Counted from the whole stretch's first letter, positions 28,531-38,595 are shown. The stretch is 59,987 nt of DNA, filler included, from 4 parts of 4 records of this genome joined end to end with filler, not necessarily neighbours in it; one strand, 5' to 3'. Translations and numbers: made by a program. The notes: generated from the sequence alone by a model not told the origin.

Positions 28531-30249
28531 ATGAGCACCGCATTCGGCGGCGCATTGTCGTTCCTGCGCAAGGAACACATCGTCGCGCACCCCGGCTTCA
28601 ATCGCTGGCGCGTTCCGCCAGCCTCCATCGCAATCCACCTCTGCATCGGATCTGTCTATGCGTGGTCGGTTTTCAACCCGCCGCTGACGCGCGAGCTGGG
28701 GGTGCTGACCTCCAGCGCCGAGGATTGGAGCCTCAGCTCAGTGGTCTGGATCTTCTCGGTCGCCATCGTCTTCCTTGGACTGGCGGCCGCCTTTGCGGGC
28801 AAATGGCTCGAAGAGGTTGGCCCGCGCATGGTCGGCGTGGTGGCGGCATTCCTGTGGGGCGGCGGTTTTATTCTGGGATCGTTCGGCATCTCCACCCATC
28901 AATTGTGGCTGGTCTATATCGGCTATGGCGTGTTGGGCGGCTGCGGGCTTGGCCTTGGCTACGTCTCTCCGGTCTCAACGCTTCTGCGATGGTTCCCGGA
29001 CCGGCGCGGCATGGCCACCGGCATGGCGATCATGGGCTTTGGTGGCGGCGCGATGATCGCGACCCCGGTGAAAGGCTGGCTCCTGGGTCTCTATCAAAAG
29101 GCACCCGATTTCCTAGGCGCGTCTGACGCGGTTCAAACGGTCGTCGAGGGCGGTCGTGTCTTTGCTGAAACCGCGACCGGACGGTTTGAGGTGGTGGTGG
29201 CTACCGCCTCTCAGGCGGCGAGCTTTGGCGGTGAGGCAGGGGTTTATGTGGTCGGTACCGGCGAAACCGGCGCGGCACACACCTTCATGACCCTTGGGGT
29301 GGTTTATTTCGTGGTGATGATCCTGGCCTCGTTCCAGTACCGCGTGCCCGCCCCGGACTGGAAGCCCGCAGGCTGGGAGCCCAAGCCCGTGGCCTCTGGC
29401 ATGGTGTCACAGAACGACGTCCATATCGATCAAGCCCTGAAGACGCCGCAGTTCTGGCAGCTCTGGGTCATGCTCTGCTTCAACGTGACCGCCGGGATCG
29501 GGGTGATCGGCGTGGCCAAGACCATGATGTCGGAGATCTTCGGTTCGGTGATGCCACTGGTGGTGACGGCGGCCTTTGCCTCCACCTACGTGCTGATGAT
29601 CTCGGTCTTCAACATGGTGGGCCGGTTCTTCTGGGCCTCCACCTCGGATTACATCGGACGCAAGGCGACATATATGTGCTTCTTCGTACTGGGCACGCTC
29701 TTGTATCTGTCGATACCCTATTTCGCCAGCGCCGTGGCCACCAACCCGTCGATGATCTACCTGATCGGTTTTTATGCGGCGACGATGATCATCTTCTCCA
29801 TGTACGGCGGCGGCTTTGCCACCATCCCGGCCTATCTGGCGGATATGTTCGGCACAATGCATGTGGGCGGCATCCATGGCCGTCTGCTGACCGCATGGTC
29901 CACCGCAGGGGTGCTTGGTCCGCTGGCGATCACCTCGCTGAGGCAGATGTCGGTGAGCAATGCCATTCAGGATCTGGCCACCCGTGTCGACCCGGCGGCA
30001 TTTGCGGCGAAATTCGGCGCGCCGCTGGCGCAGCTAGATCAGCTGGTACTGGCCAAGACGGTGACGATCGCCAAGTTGATGGAGATCGCCCCCGCAGGCA
30101 CCATCGACCCCACACCGTCGCTTTATAATACGACGATGTATTGCATGGCGGCCCTCTTGGTGGTGGCGTTCTTTGCCAACCTTCTGATGAAGCCGGTGCG
30201 TGAGCACCACCACCACGAGCCCGAACTGCAGGCCCTGCCGGGAGAATAA
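28531..30249 (+). CDS. OFA-family (oxalate/formate antiporter-like) MFS transporter
   Basis: CIGSVYAWSVF, WFPDRRGMATGMAIMGFGGGA, YGGGFATIPAYLADMFG; GGAGG RBS. Confidence 0.9.
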   Translation: MSTAFGGALSFLRKEHIVAHPGFNRWRVPPASIAIHLCIGSVYAWSVFNPPLTRELGVLTSSAEDWSLSSVVWIFSVAIVFLGLAAAFAGKWLEEVGPRMVGVVAAFLWGGGFILGSFGISTHQLWLVYIGYGVLGGCGLGLGYVSPVSTLLRWFPDRRGMATGMAIMGFGGGAMIATPVKGWLLGLYQKAPDFLGASDAVQTVVEGGRVFAETATGRFEVVVATASQAASFGGEAGVYVVGTGETGAAHTFMTLGVVYFVVMILASFQYRVPAPDWKPAGWEPKPVASGMVSQNDVHIDQALKTPQFWQLWVMLCFNVTAGIGVIGVAKTMMSEIFGSVMPLVVTAAFASTYVLMISVFNMVGRFFWASTSDYIGRKATYMCFFVLGTLLYLSIPYFASAVATNPSMIYLIGFYAATMIIFSMYGGGFATIPAYLADMFGTMHVGGIHGRLLTAWSTAGVLGPLAITSLRQMSVSNAIQDLATRVDPAAFAAKFGAPLAQLDQLVLAKTVTIAKLMEIAPAGTIDPTPSLYNTTMYCMAALLVVAFFANLLMKPVREHHHHEPELQALPGE

Positions 30250-30521
30250 CAACCGGCTCTGCTCGCACCCGGGCACAGTTGCTGCGCCCCGATGCCCTCC
30301 CCCCTCTCTCCCGCACAGCGACACATTGCAACGCGGGACGTGCGGCGGGCCACGCGTCCTCTTCCACAAGACGGCGCACTCCAACTGCAGGATTTGATCG
30401 ATGCGCGTCGAAGCCTGCTGCTGCCATCGATAAGCGCCGCCCGGACCGCCGCCTCAGAGGAAACCGGGCTCTTGATCTCTGCCCCCGCGTGCCGGAATGT
30501 GCCCCCAAAAGGATGCCCGCC

Positions 30522-31019
30522 ATGACAGACACTCCGATCCGCTCCGGTATCCGCGTGGGCGAGAACAGCCTGTCCTTGCCCCCGGCCACCGATGCCGCAC
30601 TGCGGTTCATCGGCGTAATCCGCACGCCGTGGCCAGACCGCGACACCTGCCCCCGCCAGGGCCGAACCGACGGCCCTGAGTGCCGCATTGTGCTGCATCC
30701 GGAATGGCAACCCGCGCTCGACGGGCTGGAGGACTATTCGAACATCGAGGTTCTATATTGGCTGACTCAAAGTCGCCGCGATCTCGTCACCCAAAGTCCG
30801 CGCGACAACGGGCAAACCATTGGCACCTTCGCCCTGCGTTCACCGGTTCGGCCCAATCCGATCGGGACCTCTATGGTCAGGCTGATCCGGATCGACGCTG
30901 CGCAGGTGATCGTGCGCGGGCTCGATTGCATTGACGGCACGCCGCTGATCGATCTCAAACCCGACCGGTGCAGTTTCACCCCAAAAGCGCCGCCCAAGCC
31001 GGGGGTTGCGCCGGACTGA
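30522..31019 (+). CDS. tsaA: TsaA/TrmO-like (UPF0066) SAM-binding methyltransferase
   Basis: IGVIRTPW, GTFALRSPVRPNPIG, GLDCIDGTPLIDLKP. Confidence 0.88.
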   Translation: MTDTPIRSGIRVGENSLSLPPATDAALRFIGVIRTPWPDRDTCPRQGRTDGPECRIVLHPEWQPALDGLEDYSNIEVLYWLTQSRRDLVTQSPRDNGQTIGTFALRSPVRPNPIGTSMVRLIRIDAAQVIVRGLDCIDGTPLIDLKPDRCSFTPKAPPKPGVAPD

Positions 31020-31062
31020 GGCCGCCACTGCCAACACCCCCAAGACAAATACGAGGACTACC

Positions 31063-31854
31063 ATGACACGAAACCGGATCATCGCCGCCGTGCTTGCTCT
31101 GCTGGCCAGCCCTGTCGCTGCACAGGATCTCACGCTGGTGGCTGCTGGCAGCCTGAATGCAGCGCTCTCCGCCGTGGTCGAGGACTACAGCGCAACCTAT
31201 GACACGCCGGTGACCACGCGTTTTGGCCCGTCGGGACTGATGCGCAAATCCATCGAGGAGGGCGACACGGCGCATGTCTTTGCCTCCGCGAACATGCGCC
31301 ATCCCGGCACGCTCGAAAGCGCGGGCATGGGCGGGCCGGTGGCGCTATTTGCACGCAACCAGCTCTGTGCGCTCGCGCGTCCCGAAATTTCAGTGGACAG
31401 TGAAAGCCTGCTCGCCGTCATGCTGGACGATGCGACCCGCCTTGGCACGTCCACGCCAAAGGCCGATCCTTCCGGTGACTATGCCTTTGCCCTGTTCGAC
31501 AAGACCGACAAGGCGGAGACGCTGAAGGCGCACGCGCTGCAACTGACGGGAGGCCCGGACAGTGCCCCCCCGCCAGCCGACCGCAACACCTATGCCTGGG
31601 TGTTGGACAGCGATCAGGCCGATGTGTTCCTGACCTATTGCACCAACGCCGTGCTGGCGCGTGCCGAAGTACCCGGTCTGCAAATCATTCAGGTACCACC
31701 TGCGCTGTCAGTGGGCGCGGACTACGGCTTGATCGTTCTGGATGGTGCACCGCCAGAGGCTTGGCATCTGGCGATGTATATCCTGTCGCCCGCAGGTCAG
31801 GCGGTGCTGGCGGACTTCGGGTTCGACGCCACCGCCCGTCCAAAGGCGCCGTGA
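31063..31854 (+). CDS. modA: Molybdate ABC transporter substrate-binding protein
   Basis: Signal peptide, AAGSL, FGPSG, FASAN, STPKADPSGDYA. Confidence 0.85.
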   Translation: MTRNRIIAAVLALLASPVAAQDLTLVAAGSLNAALSAVVEDYSATYDTPVTTRFGPSGLMRKSIEEGDTAHVFASANMRHPGTLESAGMGGPVALFARNQLCALARPEISVDSESLLAVMLDDATRLGTSTPKADPSGDYAFALFDKTDKAETLKAHALQLTGGPDSAPPPADRNTYAWVLDSDQADVFLTYCTNAVLARAEVPGLQIIQVPPALSVGADYGLIVLDGAPPEAWHLAMYILSPAGQAVLADFGFDATARPKAP

Positions 31855-31856
31855 TC

Positions 31857-31985
31857 ATGCGCGGCCTGCTCCTGATCCTTGCACCGATGGCGGCCCCGGT
31901 CGCCCCGGTGGACGCCAGAACCGTGACCGACAGCACCGGTCGCGTCCAATGTTCCGCAAGCCCATGCGCCAGCGCTTTCGCTTGA
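31857..31985 (+). pseudogene. 5' remnant of a class III (iron/cobalamin-type) ABC substrate-binding protein
   Basis: MRGLLLILA...ARTVTDSTGR N-terminus, breaking off at a long palindrome. Confidence 0.55.
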
Positions 31986-32002
31986 AGCGCTGGCGCATGG
32001 GC
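31960..32002. repeat. Perfect 18-bp inverted repeat
   Basis: GCCCATGCGCCAGCGCTT-TCGCTTG-AAGCGCTGGCGCATGGGC. Confidence 0.85.
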
Positions 32003-32295
32003 GAACAGTTGGATTGCATCGCGCAACTACGCGCGCGCCAGCAAGGTCTACGGGCTGCCCATTCAGACTGAAACCACAACAAGAGATCATCAATTCTGCC
32101 CACCGGGTATCGCTTCGCCTCCACCACTGGCCTGAAACCCGCTGCCCTGAGAGAACACTGCCCCTTTCGACACCAGCCGCACGACTGCTCCGTCTGGCCC
32201 TGCGCATACGCACAGCCCCGGTGAGTCACCGCAGATTTTCCCATTGCCCCGCGCAGCCTATCTTTGAGGGTGAAACCTCTCATCAGGAGACCCAA

Positions 32296-33207
32296 ATGTC
32301 ACTGCGCCCCATTCTGGAAACACGCGCCGCCCAACCCACGATGGAGGGCGCTGGCGTGCATCTGCACCGCGCCTTCGGCTTTCAGGACCCCAGCGAGCTG
32401 GACCCGTTCCTGCTGTTTGACGATTTCCGCAATGATCACCCGGAGCTCTACCAACAGGGGTTTCCCTGGCATCCCCATCGCGGCATCGAGACCATCACCT
32501 ATGTGCTGGAAGGCGCTGTCGAGCATGGCGACAGCCTCGGCAACACCGGCAGCCTTGGCGCGGGCGATGTGCAGTGGATGACCGCCGGGTCCGGCATCCT
32601 GCATCAGGAAATGCCAAGCGGGAACACTAAGGGCCAGATGCATGGCTTTCAGCTCTGGGGCAACCTGCCCGGCAGCCAAAAGATGTGCGCGCCGCGCTAT
32701 CAGGACGTGCAGGGCAAGGACATCCCCGAGGTGATCGACGACGACGGCACCCGGGTGAAGGTGATCGTGGGCGAATTCTGGGGCAAGCGCGGCCCGGTCG
32801 ACGGTATTGCAGCCGATCCGCAATATCTCGATATCTATGTGCCTGCGGGTGTCAAGAAGACTTTCAGGATCGACACCTACCGCCGCGCCTTCGCCTATGT
32901 TTTCAATGGTCAGGCGGCCTTTGCCGATGCCTCTCGCCCCACCGGCGTGCTGCTGGAAAAGGAAGTCGCAGGCCACGAGGTCAACATCCGCGACATGTCC
33001 GGCGACCGCACGCTGGTGCGCTTTGGGACCGGCGACGAGGTCACCGTTCAGGCCGGCCCCGAGGGCGTGCGCTTCCTGCTGATCTCCGGCGCCCCGATCG
33101 AGGAGCCCGTGGCCTGGCACGGCCCCATCGTGATGAACACGCAGGCCGAGCTGCAAAAAGCCTTTGCCGAGCTGCGCAACGGGACGTTTATAAGGCCCGC
33201 TCACTGA
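32296..33207 (+). CDS. Pirin family protein
   Basis: DPFLLFD, GFPWHPHRGIETITY, QWMTAGSGILHQE, QLW, HGPIVMN; AGGAG RBS. Confidence 0.95.
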   Translation: MSLRPILETRAAQPTMEGAGVHLHRAFGFQDPSELDPFLLFDDFRNDHPELYQQGFPWHPHRGIETITYVLEGAVEHGDSLGNTGSLGAGDVQWMTAGSGILHQEMPSGNTKGQMHGFQLWGNLPGSQKMCAPRYQDVQGKDIPEVIDDDGTRVKVIVGEFWGKRGPVDGIAADPQYLDIYVPAGVKKTFRIDTYRRAFAYVFNGQAAFADASRPTGVLLEKEVAGHEVNIRDMSGDRTLVRFGTGDEVTVQAGPEGVRFLLISGAPIEEPVAWHGPIVMNTQAELQKAFAELRNGTFIRPAH

Positions 33208-33299
33208 TCGGGAAAACCGGTGCCCACTTTTCCCTGTGAGCGGCGCGGCCCGCTCACTGATCGGAAAAATCGGTGCCCACTGCTCCCTGTGAGCGGCGC
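33194..33299 (+). repeat. Two tandem 53-bp palindromic units
   Basis: GGCCCGCTCACTGATCGG(G/A)AAAA(C/T)CGGTGCCCACT..TCCCTGTGAGCGGCGC at 33194-33246 and 33247-33299. Confidence 0.9.
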
Positions 33300-33585
33300 T
33301 CCAGCGCTGCTCACTCTCTATGTCGCAACCGCCCACAACACCCGCGCATCGGGTCAAGGGGGCCAACGGCCCCACCCGGCACGGGCGGCGTGCCCTTGAC
33401 GCGCCCAACCTCAAAAAAACTTGAACGCGGCTCCTGAGGGCAGACTTGCCCCTCAGGACCGTCTCAGCAGACCTGTTTTACAACACCAGCGCCAGACACC
33501 GCGCCCGCCAACAGCCATCACCTCGCCCCCTGCAGAATAAAAGCGCGCGGAAGCGCTCCGCTTGGCACCCGAAACGACAGCGACG

Positions 33586-34173
33586 TCACACCCCCACCGA
33601 TTTGCGCACCATGTCCCAGTAGAGCGTCTCTACCTCCACCAGCGACAGCCGCCCACCGTCCCGATACCAGGTCAAAACCCCGTTCAGCATCGCAATCACC
33701 GCCAAGGCAGCGATCTTGGTATCCGGCACCCGAAACAGCCCCTGCGCCACACCGGCCTTCAGGATACCCTCAAGCTGGTCCTCATAGGCGCGGCGGCGAT
33801 CCTCGATATGGGCAAAATTCTCCTCGGTGAGATTGCGAAGCTCCATATAGGCGATGAACACCGCATCCGGGCGTTCGAGGTTGTAGCGGATGTGAAACCG
33901 CACAAAGCCCTCCAGCTGCCCCATCACATCCTCAGGCACCTGCTCTGTCGCCCATGCAGACAACAGCCCCTCCATATGTGCCTGCATCAGGTCGAACAGC
34001 AGGCTCTGCTTGTCGGCGGTGTAATTATAGAGCGCGCCTGCCTGCACCCCCACCGCGCCCGCAATCTGGCGCATGGAGACGGCGGCATAGCCGTGGCGGG
34101 CAAACAGCTCCTGCGCGGCCGCACGGATGCGGGGCCCGGTGATGTCGGAATGGGAACCTTGAGTACGTGCCAT
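33586..34173 (-). CDS. TetR/AcrR family regulator
   Basis: LFARHGYAAVSMRQIAGAVGVQAGALYNY HTH; WYRDGGRLS. Confidence 0.93.
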   Translation of the reverse strand: MARTQGSHSDITGPRIRAAAQELFARHGYAAVSMRQIAGAVGVQAGALYNYTADKQSLLFDLMQAHMEGLLSAWATEQVPEDVMGQLEGFVRFHIRYNLERPDAVFIAYMELRNLTEENFAHIEDRRRAYEDQLEGILKAGVAQGLFRVPDTKIAALAVIAMLNGVLTWYRDGGRLSLVEVETLYWDMVRKSVGV

Positions 34174-34292
34174 ATGCCCAAGGTAACTGAACATTTGTTC
34201 AGATAAAAGCGGCATGGCAGCCCGCGCAGATTAACTTGTACCCACAGGCGCATTTGTGCATCAAGGGCGAAACTCCAGACAGAAAGCTTGGT

Positions 34293-34601
34293 ATGTCCAT
34301 CCCCGCCAAACTGACCACCCTGATGCTCTCTGCGCCTGCACCTGTGGCGGCGCGCCGTGTGGTTCTGTCGGCCTGCGCACTGCTGGCCCTGACGGCGGGC
34401 TGTTCGCGCGTGCCGCAGCTTGAGGACCGCTTGCCCGCGGATCTGCGGCAACAGCCCTACCCCAGTTTGCTGCCGCTCGACACCGCCCTGGCACAGCAGC
34501 CGCTGCCCGAAGAGGAAAGCGCCGAGCTGTCGGATACGCTTGATGCCCGTGCGACCCGTTTGCGCCGCCGGGCCGAGGAATTGCGCCGCCGTCAGCCCTG
34601 A
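34293..34601 (+). CDS. Small hypothetical lipoprotein
   Basis: LALTAGC lipobox, PYPSLLPL, C-terminal LDARATRLRRRAEELR; start uncertain. Confidence 0.65.
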   Translation: MSIPAKLTTLMLSAPAPVAARRVVLSACALLALTAGCSRVPQLEDRLPADLRQQPYPSLLPLDTALAQQPLPEEESAELSDTLDARATRLRRRAEELRRRQP

Positions 34602-34697
34602 GGCAGGGTTTGGCCGCGTTGAACATTGCACCAGCGGGCCAGAGCCGCTAAGGCGACTGCGAACCCATAGACCGCCAATACAATAAGGACCTCCACT

Positions 34698-35984
34698 ATG
34701 ACTGAACCGCTTCGACTGGGGATTGCAGGTTTGGGCACGGTCGGCATGGGCGTGGTGAAAATCATCCGCCGCCATGCTGCCCTGTTGGAGGCCCGCACGG
34801 GACGCCCGCTGGTGATTACCGCCGTCTCCGCCCGAGACGCCACCAAGGATCGCGGCGTCTCGCTCAAGGATTACGCCTGGGAGACCGACCCGGTGGCGCT
34901 GGCCACCCGCGATGACGTGGATGTGTTTGTCGAACTGATGGGCGGCCACGAGGGCGCCGCCAAACGCGCCACCGAGGCCGCATTGGCGGCGGGCAAGGAT
35001 GTGGTCACCGCCAACAAGGCGCTGCTGGCCATCCACGGTCAGGCGCTGGCCGAACAGGCCGAGGCCAATGGCCGCGTGATCCGCTTCGAGGCTGCCGTGG
35101 CCGGTGGCATCCCGGTGATCAAATCCCTCACCGAGGGGCTTGCGGGCAACGAGATCACCCGCGTCATGGGGGTGATGAACGGCACCTGCAACTACATCCT
35201 GACCCGGATGGAAACCGCCGGCCTGCCCTATGCCACCGTGTTCAAGGAGGCCGATGATCTGGGCTTTCTCGAAGCCGACCCGACGCTGGACGTGGGCGGC
35301 ATCGACGCCGGTCACAAGCTGGCGCTCTTGGCCTCCATCGCCTTTGGCACCAAACCGGCCTTTGACAATGTGAAGCTGGAAGGCATCCAGCGCATCGCCA
35401 TCGAGGACATCCGCCACGCCGCCGACATGGGCTACCGGATCAAGCTTCTGGGCGTGGCGCAGCGCTCTGCCCGCGGGCTGGAGCAGCGTATGACCCCCTG
35501 TCTGGTGCCCGCGAATTCGCCGCTGGGGCAGCTGGAAGGCGGCACCAATATGGTGGTGATCGAAGGCGACGCCATCGAACAGGTGGTGCTGCGCGGCCCC
35601 GGTGCCGGTGAAGGCCCCACTGCAAGCGCGGTGATGGGCGATGTTCTGGACATCGCGCGCGGCTTGCGCATCGCGACCTTTGGCCAGCCTGCCGCCACGC
35701 TGGAAGAGACCCCGGCGGCACAGACCGGCCTGCCCGCACCGCATTACGTGCGCATGGCGCTGCAGGACAAGCCCGGCGCCATGGCCAAGGTGGCCTCGGC
35801 GCTTGGCGATGCGGGCGTGTCGATCCACCGCATGCGCCAGTACGACCATGCCACCACCATCGCGCCGGTGCTGATCGTGACCCACAAATGCACCTCCGCC
35901 ATGCTGGAGCAGGCGCTGGAAGGGCTGGCCGCGACCGGCGTTGTCGAGGGCGCGCCGGTGGCGCTGCGCATCGAAGAACTGTGA
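34698..35984 (+). CDS. hom: Homoserine dehydrogenase with ACT domain
   Basis: GLGTVG, VVTANKA, FEAAVAGGIP, NGTCNYIL, EADPTLDV, GPGAG. Confidence 0.97.
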   Translation: MTEPLRLGIAGLGTVGMGVVKIIRRHAALLEARTGRPLVITAVSARDATKDRGVSLKDYAWETDPVALATRDDVDVFVELMGGHEGAAKRATEAALAAGKDVVTANKALLAIHGQALAEQAEANGRVIRFEAAVAGGIPVIKSLTEGLAGNEITRVMGVMNGTCNYILTRMETAGLPYATVFKEADDLGFLEADPTLDVGGIDAGHKLALLASIAFGTKPAFDNVKLEGIQRIAIEDIRHAADMGYRIKLLGVAQRSARGLEQRMTPCLVPANSPLGQLEGGTNMVVIEGDAIEQVVLRGPGAGEGPTASAVMGDVLDIARGLRIATFGQPAATLEETPAAQTGLPAPHYVRMALQDKPGAMAKVASALGDAGVSIHRMRQYDHATTIAPVLIVTHKCTSAMLEQALEGLAATGVVEGAPVALRIEEL

Positions 35985-36160
35985 CATTTCCCCTCTATAG
36001 GGGGGACGCGCGGGCCCTGATCGCCTCGGCGGCGGCCCGCGCAAGACCGAACCAAATGCGTAACTGTTAGCGACACCAGCTTCGCCCGCGCCTTGCCCCG
36101 ATGGGGGCGGCCGGGCTATGCCAAATGGGATCGCGCTAGTTTGAGATAGGAATACTGGGA

Positions 36161-36478
36161 ATGACTTCGACCACCGCCGACGCGCCGTTTCACGACCGCC
36201 TGCTGTCCCTGGGCCTGGCCCGGGTTGCCGAACAGGCCGCCCTGGCCTCTGCCCCGCTGATCGGGCGCGGCGACGAAAAGGCCGCCGACCAGGCCGCCGT
36301 GAACGCCATGCGCGAACAGCTCAACCTGCTGGACATCGCCGGCGTGGTGGTGATCGGTGAAGGCGAGCGGGACGAGGCGCCCATGCTGTTCATCGGCGAG
36401 GAAGTGGGCACCGGCAATGGCCCCGGCGTCGACATCGCGCTGGACCCGCTGGAAGGCACCACGCTGACCGCCAAGGAC
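36161..36478 (+). CDS. glpX: Class II fructose-1,6-bisphosphatase, 5' part truncated by contig end
   Basis: [33 protein letters not shown]. Confidence 0.93.
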
Positions 36479-36578
36479 NNNNNNNNNNNNNNNNNNNNNN
36501 NNNNNNNNNNNNNNNNNNNNNNTTAATTAATTAANNNNNNNNNNNNNNNNNNNNNNNNNNNNNNNNNNNNNNNNNNNN
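36479..36578. other. Artificial contig linker
   Basis: N44-TTAATTAATTAA-N44. Confidence 0.99.
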
Positions 36579-36882
36579 CCTGATGCCGCGCGACATGATC
36601 GAGAACGAGCGGTCCTCGGCGATCAACCCGTCCGAGGCGGTAGAGGAGAAGGTCTCACTGTCGGATCGCTTTGGTCTGTGGCTGGGCTTCCACCCCTGCA
36701 ACCAGGACGCCTATCTGGCGATGATCGACGGCTATTGCGCCGCCTATGGTGTCGAGGTGGGCCCCGAGACCCTGCGCGCCGAGGCGATCGAATGGCAGGC
36801 CACTCGCGGTGCCCGTTCGGGCCGGGTGGCATGGCAGTTCTTCACCGATTTGGCCGGACGGCACGGCGTCACCCTGCGTTGA
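36579..36882 (+). CDS. DUF815 AAA+ ATPase, 3' part
   Basis: EEKVSLSDRFGLWLGF...RGARSGRVAWQF. Confidence 0.88.
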
Positions 36883-36910
36883 CGGTGTGCTGACCGTGCG
36901 GTCAGGCGCA

Positions 36911-37235
36911 CGCCGCAGCCCGGCAGGGCTGCGGCGCTTGGCCCAACGGGTTTGGTCGTCGCGGCAGCGGCGGCGGAACTGGGCGGGAGCGCTACGGGAG
37001 GATAACTGATCGGTGATTTGCGGACTGATGGCTGGGGCGGAGCGCGACATATTCTGCCTCCGCGTTGCGGCCAGACTCAGAGCTTGTGGCCCAGCGGTGA
37101 GACATCCCCAACGCGAGGCTCCCGCGTACGTCGCAGAGGTTGGAAAGGCGGGGGGGGGGGCGCTCCCGCCCGTCGCCCACGCGCTTGCGCGCGCGGCTCC
37201 CGTTGGGCCGGGCGCCGGACCTTGCGGTCCGGCGC
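36911..37235. repeat. REPIN/MITE-like element with inverted composite arms
   Basis: Left: hairpin + GGCCCAACGGG (36940) + GGGCGGGAGCGC (36981). Right: GCGCTCCCGCCC (37160) + CCCGTTGGGCC (37199) + hairpin. Confidence 0.65.
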
Positions 37236-37258
37236 GGCGCCTGTCGCCAGCGGCGGAT

Positions 37259-38467
37259 TTATTGCAGGTAGGGCAGAGGGTCGACGCTTTCGAAACCGTC
37301 ACGCACCTCAAAGTGGACATAGGCCTCTTCTGCGCTGCCACGGAGCTGGGCGATGGATTGACCGCGATTGACGCGGTCGCCCTTCTTGACCTTGATGCCA
37401 TCCACATTGGCGTAAACCGACAGGAGGTTGCGATCATGGCGGATCACGATGATCGGGACCTTGTTTGAATCCGCCGTGATGGCGGCAACGGTGCCTGCCT
37501 CTGCCGCCTTTACAGCGCTACCCGGCGCGGCTGAAATGTCGATGCCGTCGTTTTTGCCCTTCGAATAGGCGCGGACGATCTTGCCCTTCACCGGGTACGC
37601 CATGGCAGCCTGAGAGGCGCGCGTTGGCTGTTCGACCTTGACCGTCGGCTTGGGATCCGTGCGGGCCTCGGCGGCAGGTTTCACCTTTTCATCGGGCAGC
37701 GGCTGGGTGGCGCTGGGAGGTGTCGGCGTGCTGCTGCCCTGTCCGGGGGCGGTGACCGAGGTTTCGGTCTCTACGGCCGCGGGCACCGGCGCGTTTGGAT
37801 CTTTCAGAGGGATCAGCAGGTACTGCCCTTCGCGGATCGCGAAATCACTGCCAAGGCCATTCCATTCCGCCAGAGACTTCACCGGGATCTGGTAGAGGCG
37901 GGCGATGGTATAGGCGGTCTCCCCACGCGTGACCTTGTGGCGTACGGGCTCGGGGCCACCCTGGACGCGCGTCGGCGCCGGTTTGGCCGGTGTGGTCTGC
38001 AGCGTGGTGGTGGTGACGGAGCCCGGATTGGGCGAACTTTCTGGCGCATTGTCGATGGCACTGCCAGCCAGCGAGGCAATATCGACTCCACCAGGGGAGC
38101 GGTTGCCACCGCGTGCCGAAGTCTCGGGCGCACGGCGCGGCATCACCAGAACCTCACCGCGGCGCAGCTGATCCGCTGTCTCAACGCCATTGAACCGTGC
38201 CACTTCCACTGCGGGAAGGCCAACACGTTTCGCCAGATCGGCAACCGTGTCGCCATTGCGCGCCACGGCAACCTGATAGGAGGGGTAGGTGATCAGGCCG
38301 CGGGTGTCCGGCGCGGGGCGGGTCTCGGTCGCGGTTTGTGCGGCCTTGGTGGTGTTGAACGCGCCGATCTGACCACGCAGGTCATAATCCAGCGGCGCCG
38401 TACAGGCGGCGGCCACCAATGTCAGCGGCAGCAGCGCTGCCGGACGCAGGGATCTGGGGCGGGTCAT
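37259..38467 (-). CDS. nlpD: LysM/M23 lipoprotein NlpD-like
   Basis: AAAC lipobox, two LysM domains, degenerate M23 (NDGIDI, YAN, HFEVR); follows surE-pcm. Confidence 0.85.
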   Translation of the reverse strand: MTRPRSLRPAALLPLTLVAAACTAPLDYDLRGQIGAFNTTKAAQTATETRPAPDTRGLITYPSYQVAVARNGDTVADLAKRVGLPAVEVARFNGVETADQLRRGEVLVMPRRAPETSARGGNRSPGGVDIASLAGSAIDNAPESSPNPGSVTTTTLQTTPAKPAPTRVQGGPEPVRHKVTRGETAYTIARLYQIPVKSLAEWNGLGSDFAIREGQYLLIPLKDPNAPVPAAVETETSVTAPGQGSSTPTPPSATQPLPDEKVKPAAEARTDPKPTVKVEQPTRASQAAMAYPVKGKIVRAYSKGKNDGIDISAAPGSAVKAAEAGTVAAITADSNKVPIIVIRHDRNLLSVYANVDGIKVKKGDRVNRGQSIAQLRGSAEEAYVHFEVRDGFESVDPLPYLQ

Positions 38468-38595
38468 GTCTCTTGCTCTCCTCGAATGGTGTCCCCGTTC
38501 TGGCGGAGACTTGGACGGCAGCGTTCTGTTTTCATGCCCGGGCCTGTCCGGAAGACCGCTACAGCGCAACGGGGCTGCTGAGGGAATAGGACAGC

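Noticed and set aside
30271..30285. GGGCACAGTTGCTGC as a sigma54 promoter for tsaA-modA
   Set aside because: Correct GG-N10-GC spacing but weak flanks; expected by chance in high-GC DNA
32049..32150. Possible IS/MITE end (TACGGGCTGCCCATTCAGACTGAAACC)
   Set aside because: No matching inverted end, target duplication or transposase found in the window
33194..33299. Possible mini-CRISPR array
   Set aside because: Only two contiguous 53-bp units with no unique spacer and no cas genes
37150..37160. G11 homopolymer as a phase-variation tract
   Set aside because: It lies between convergent genes inside a repeat element, not in a CDS or promoter
37259..38467. Degenerate M23 active site as a novelty
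   Set aside because: Loss of Zn ligands is the known state of NlpD-type amidase activators
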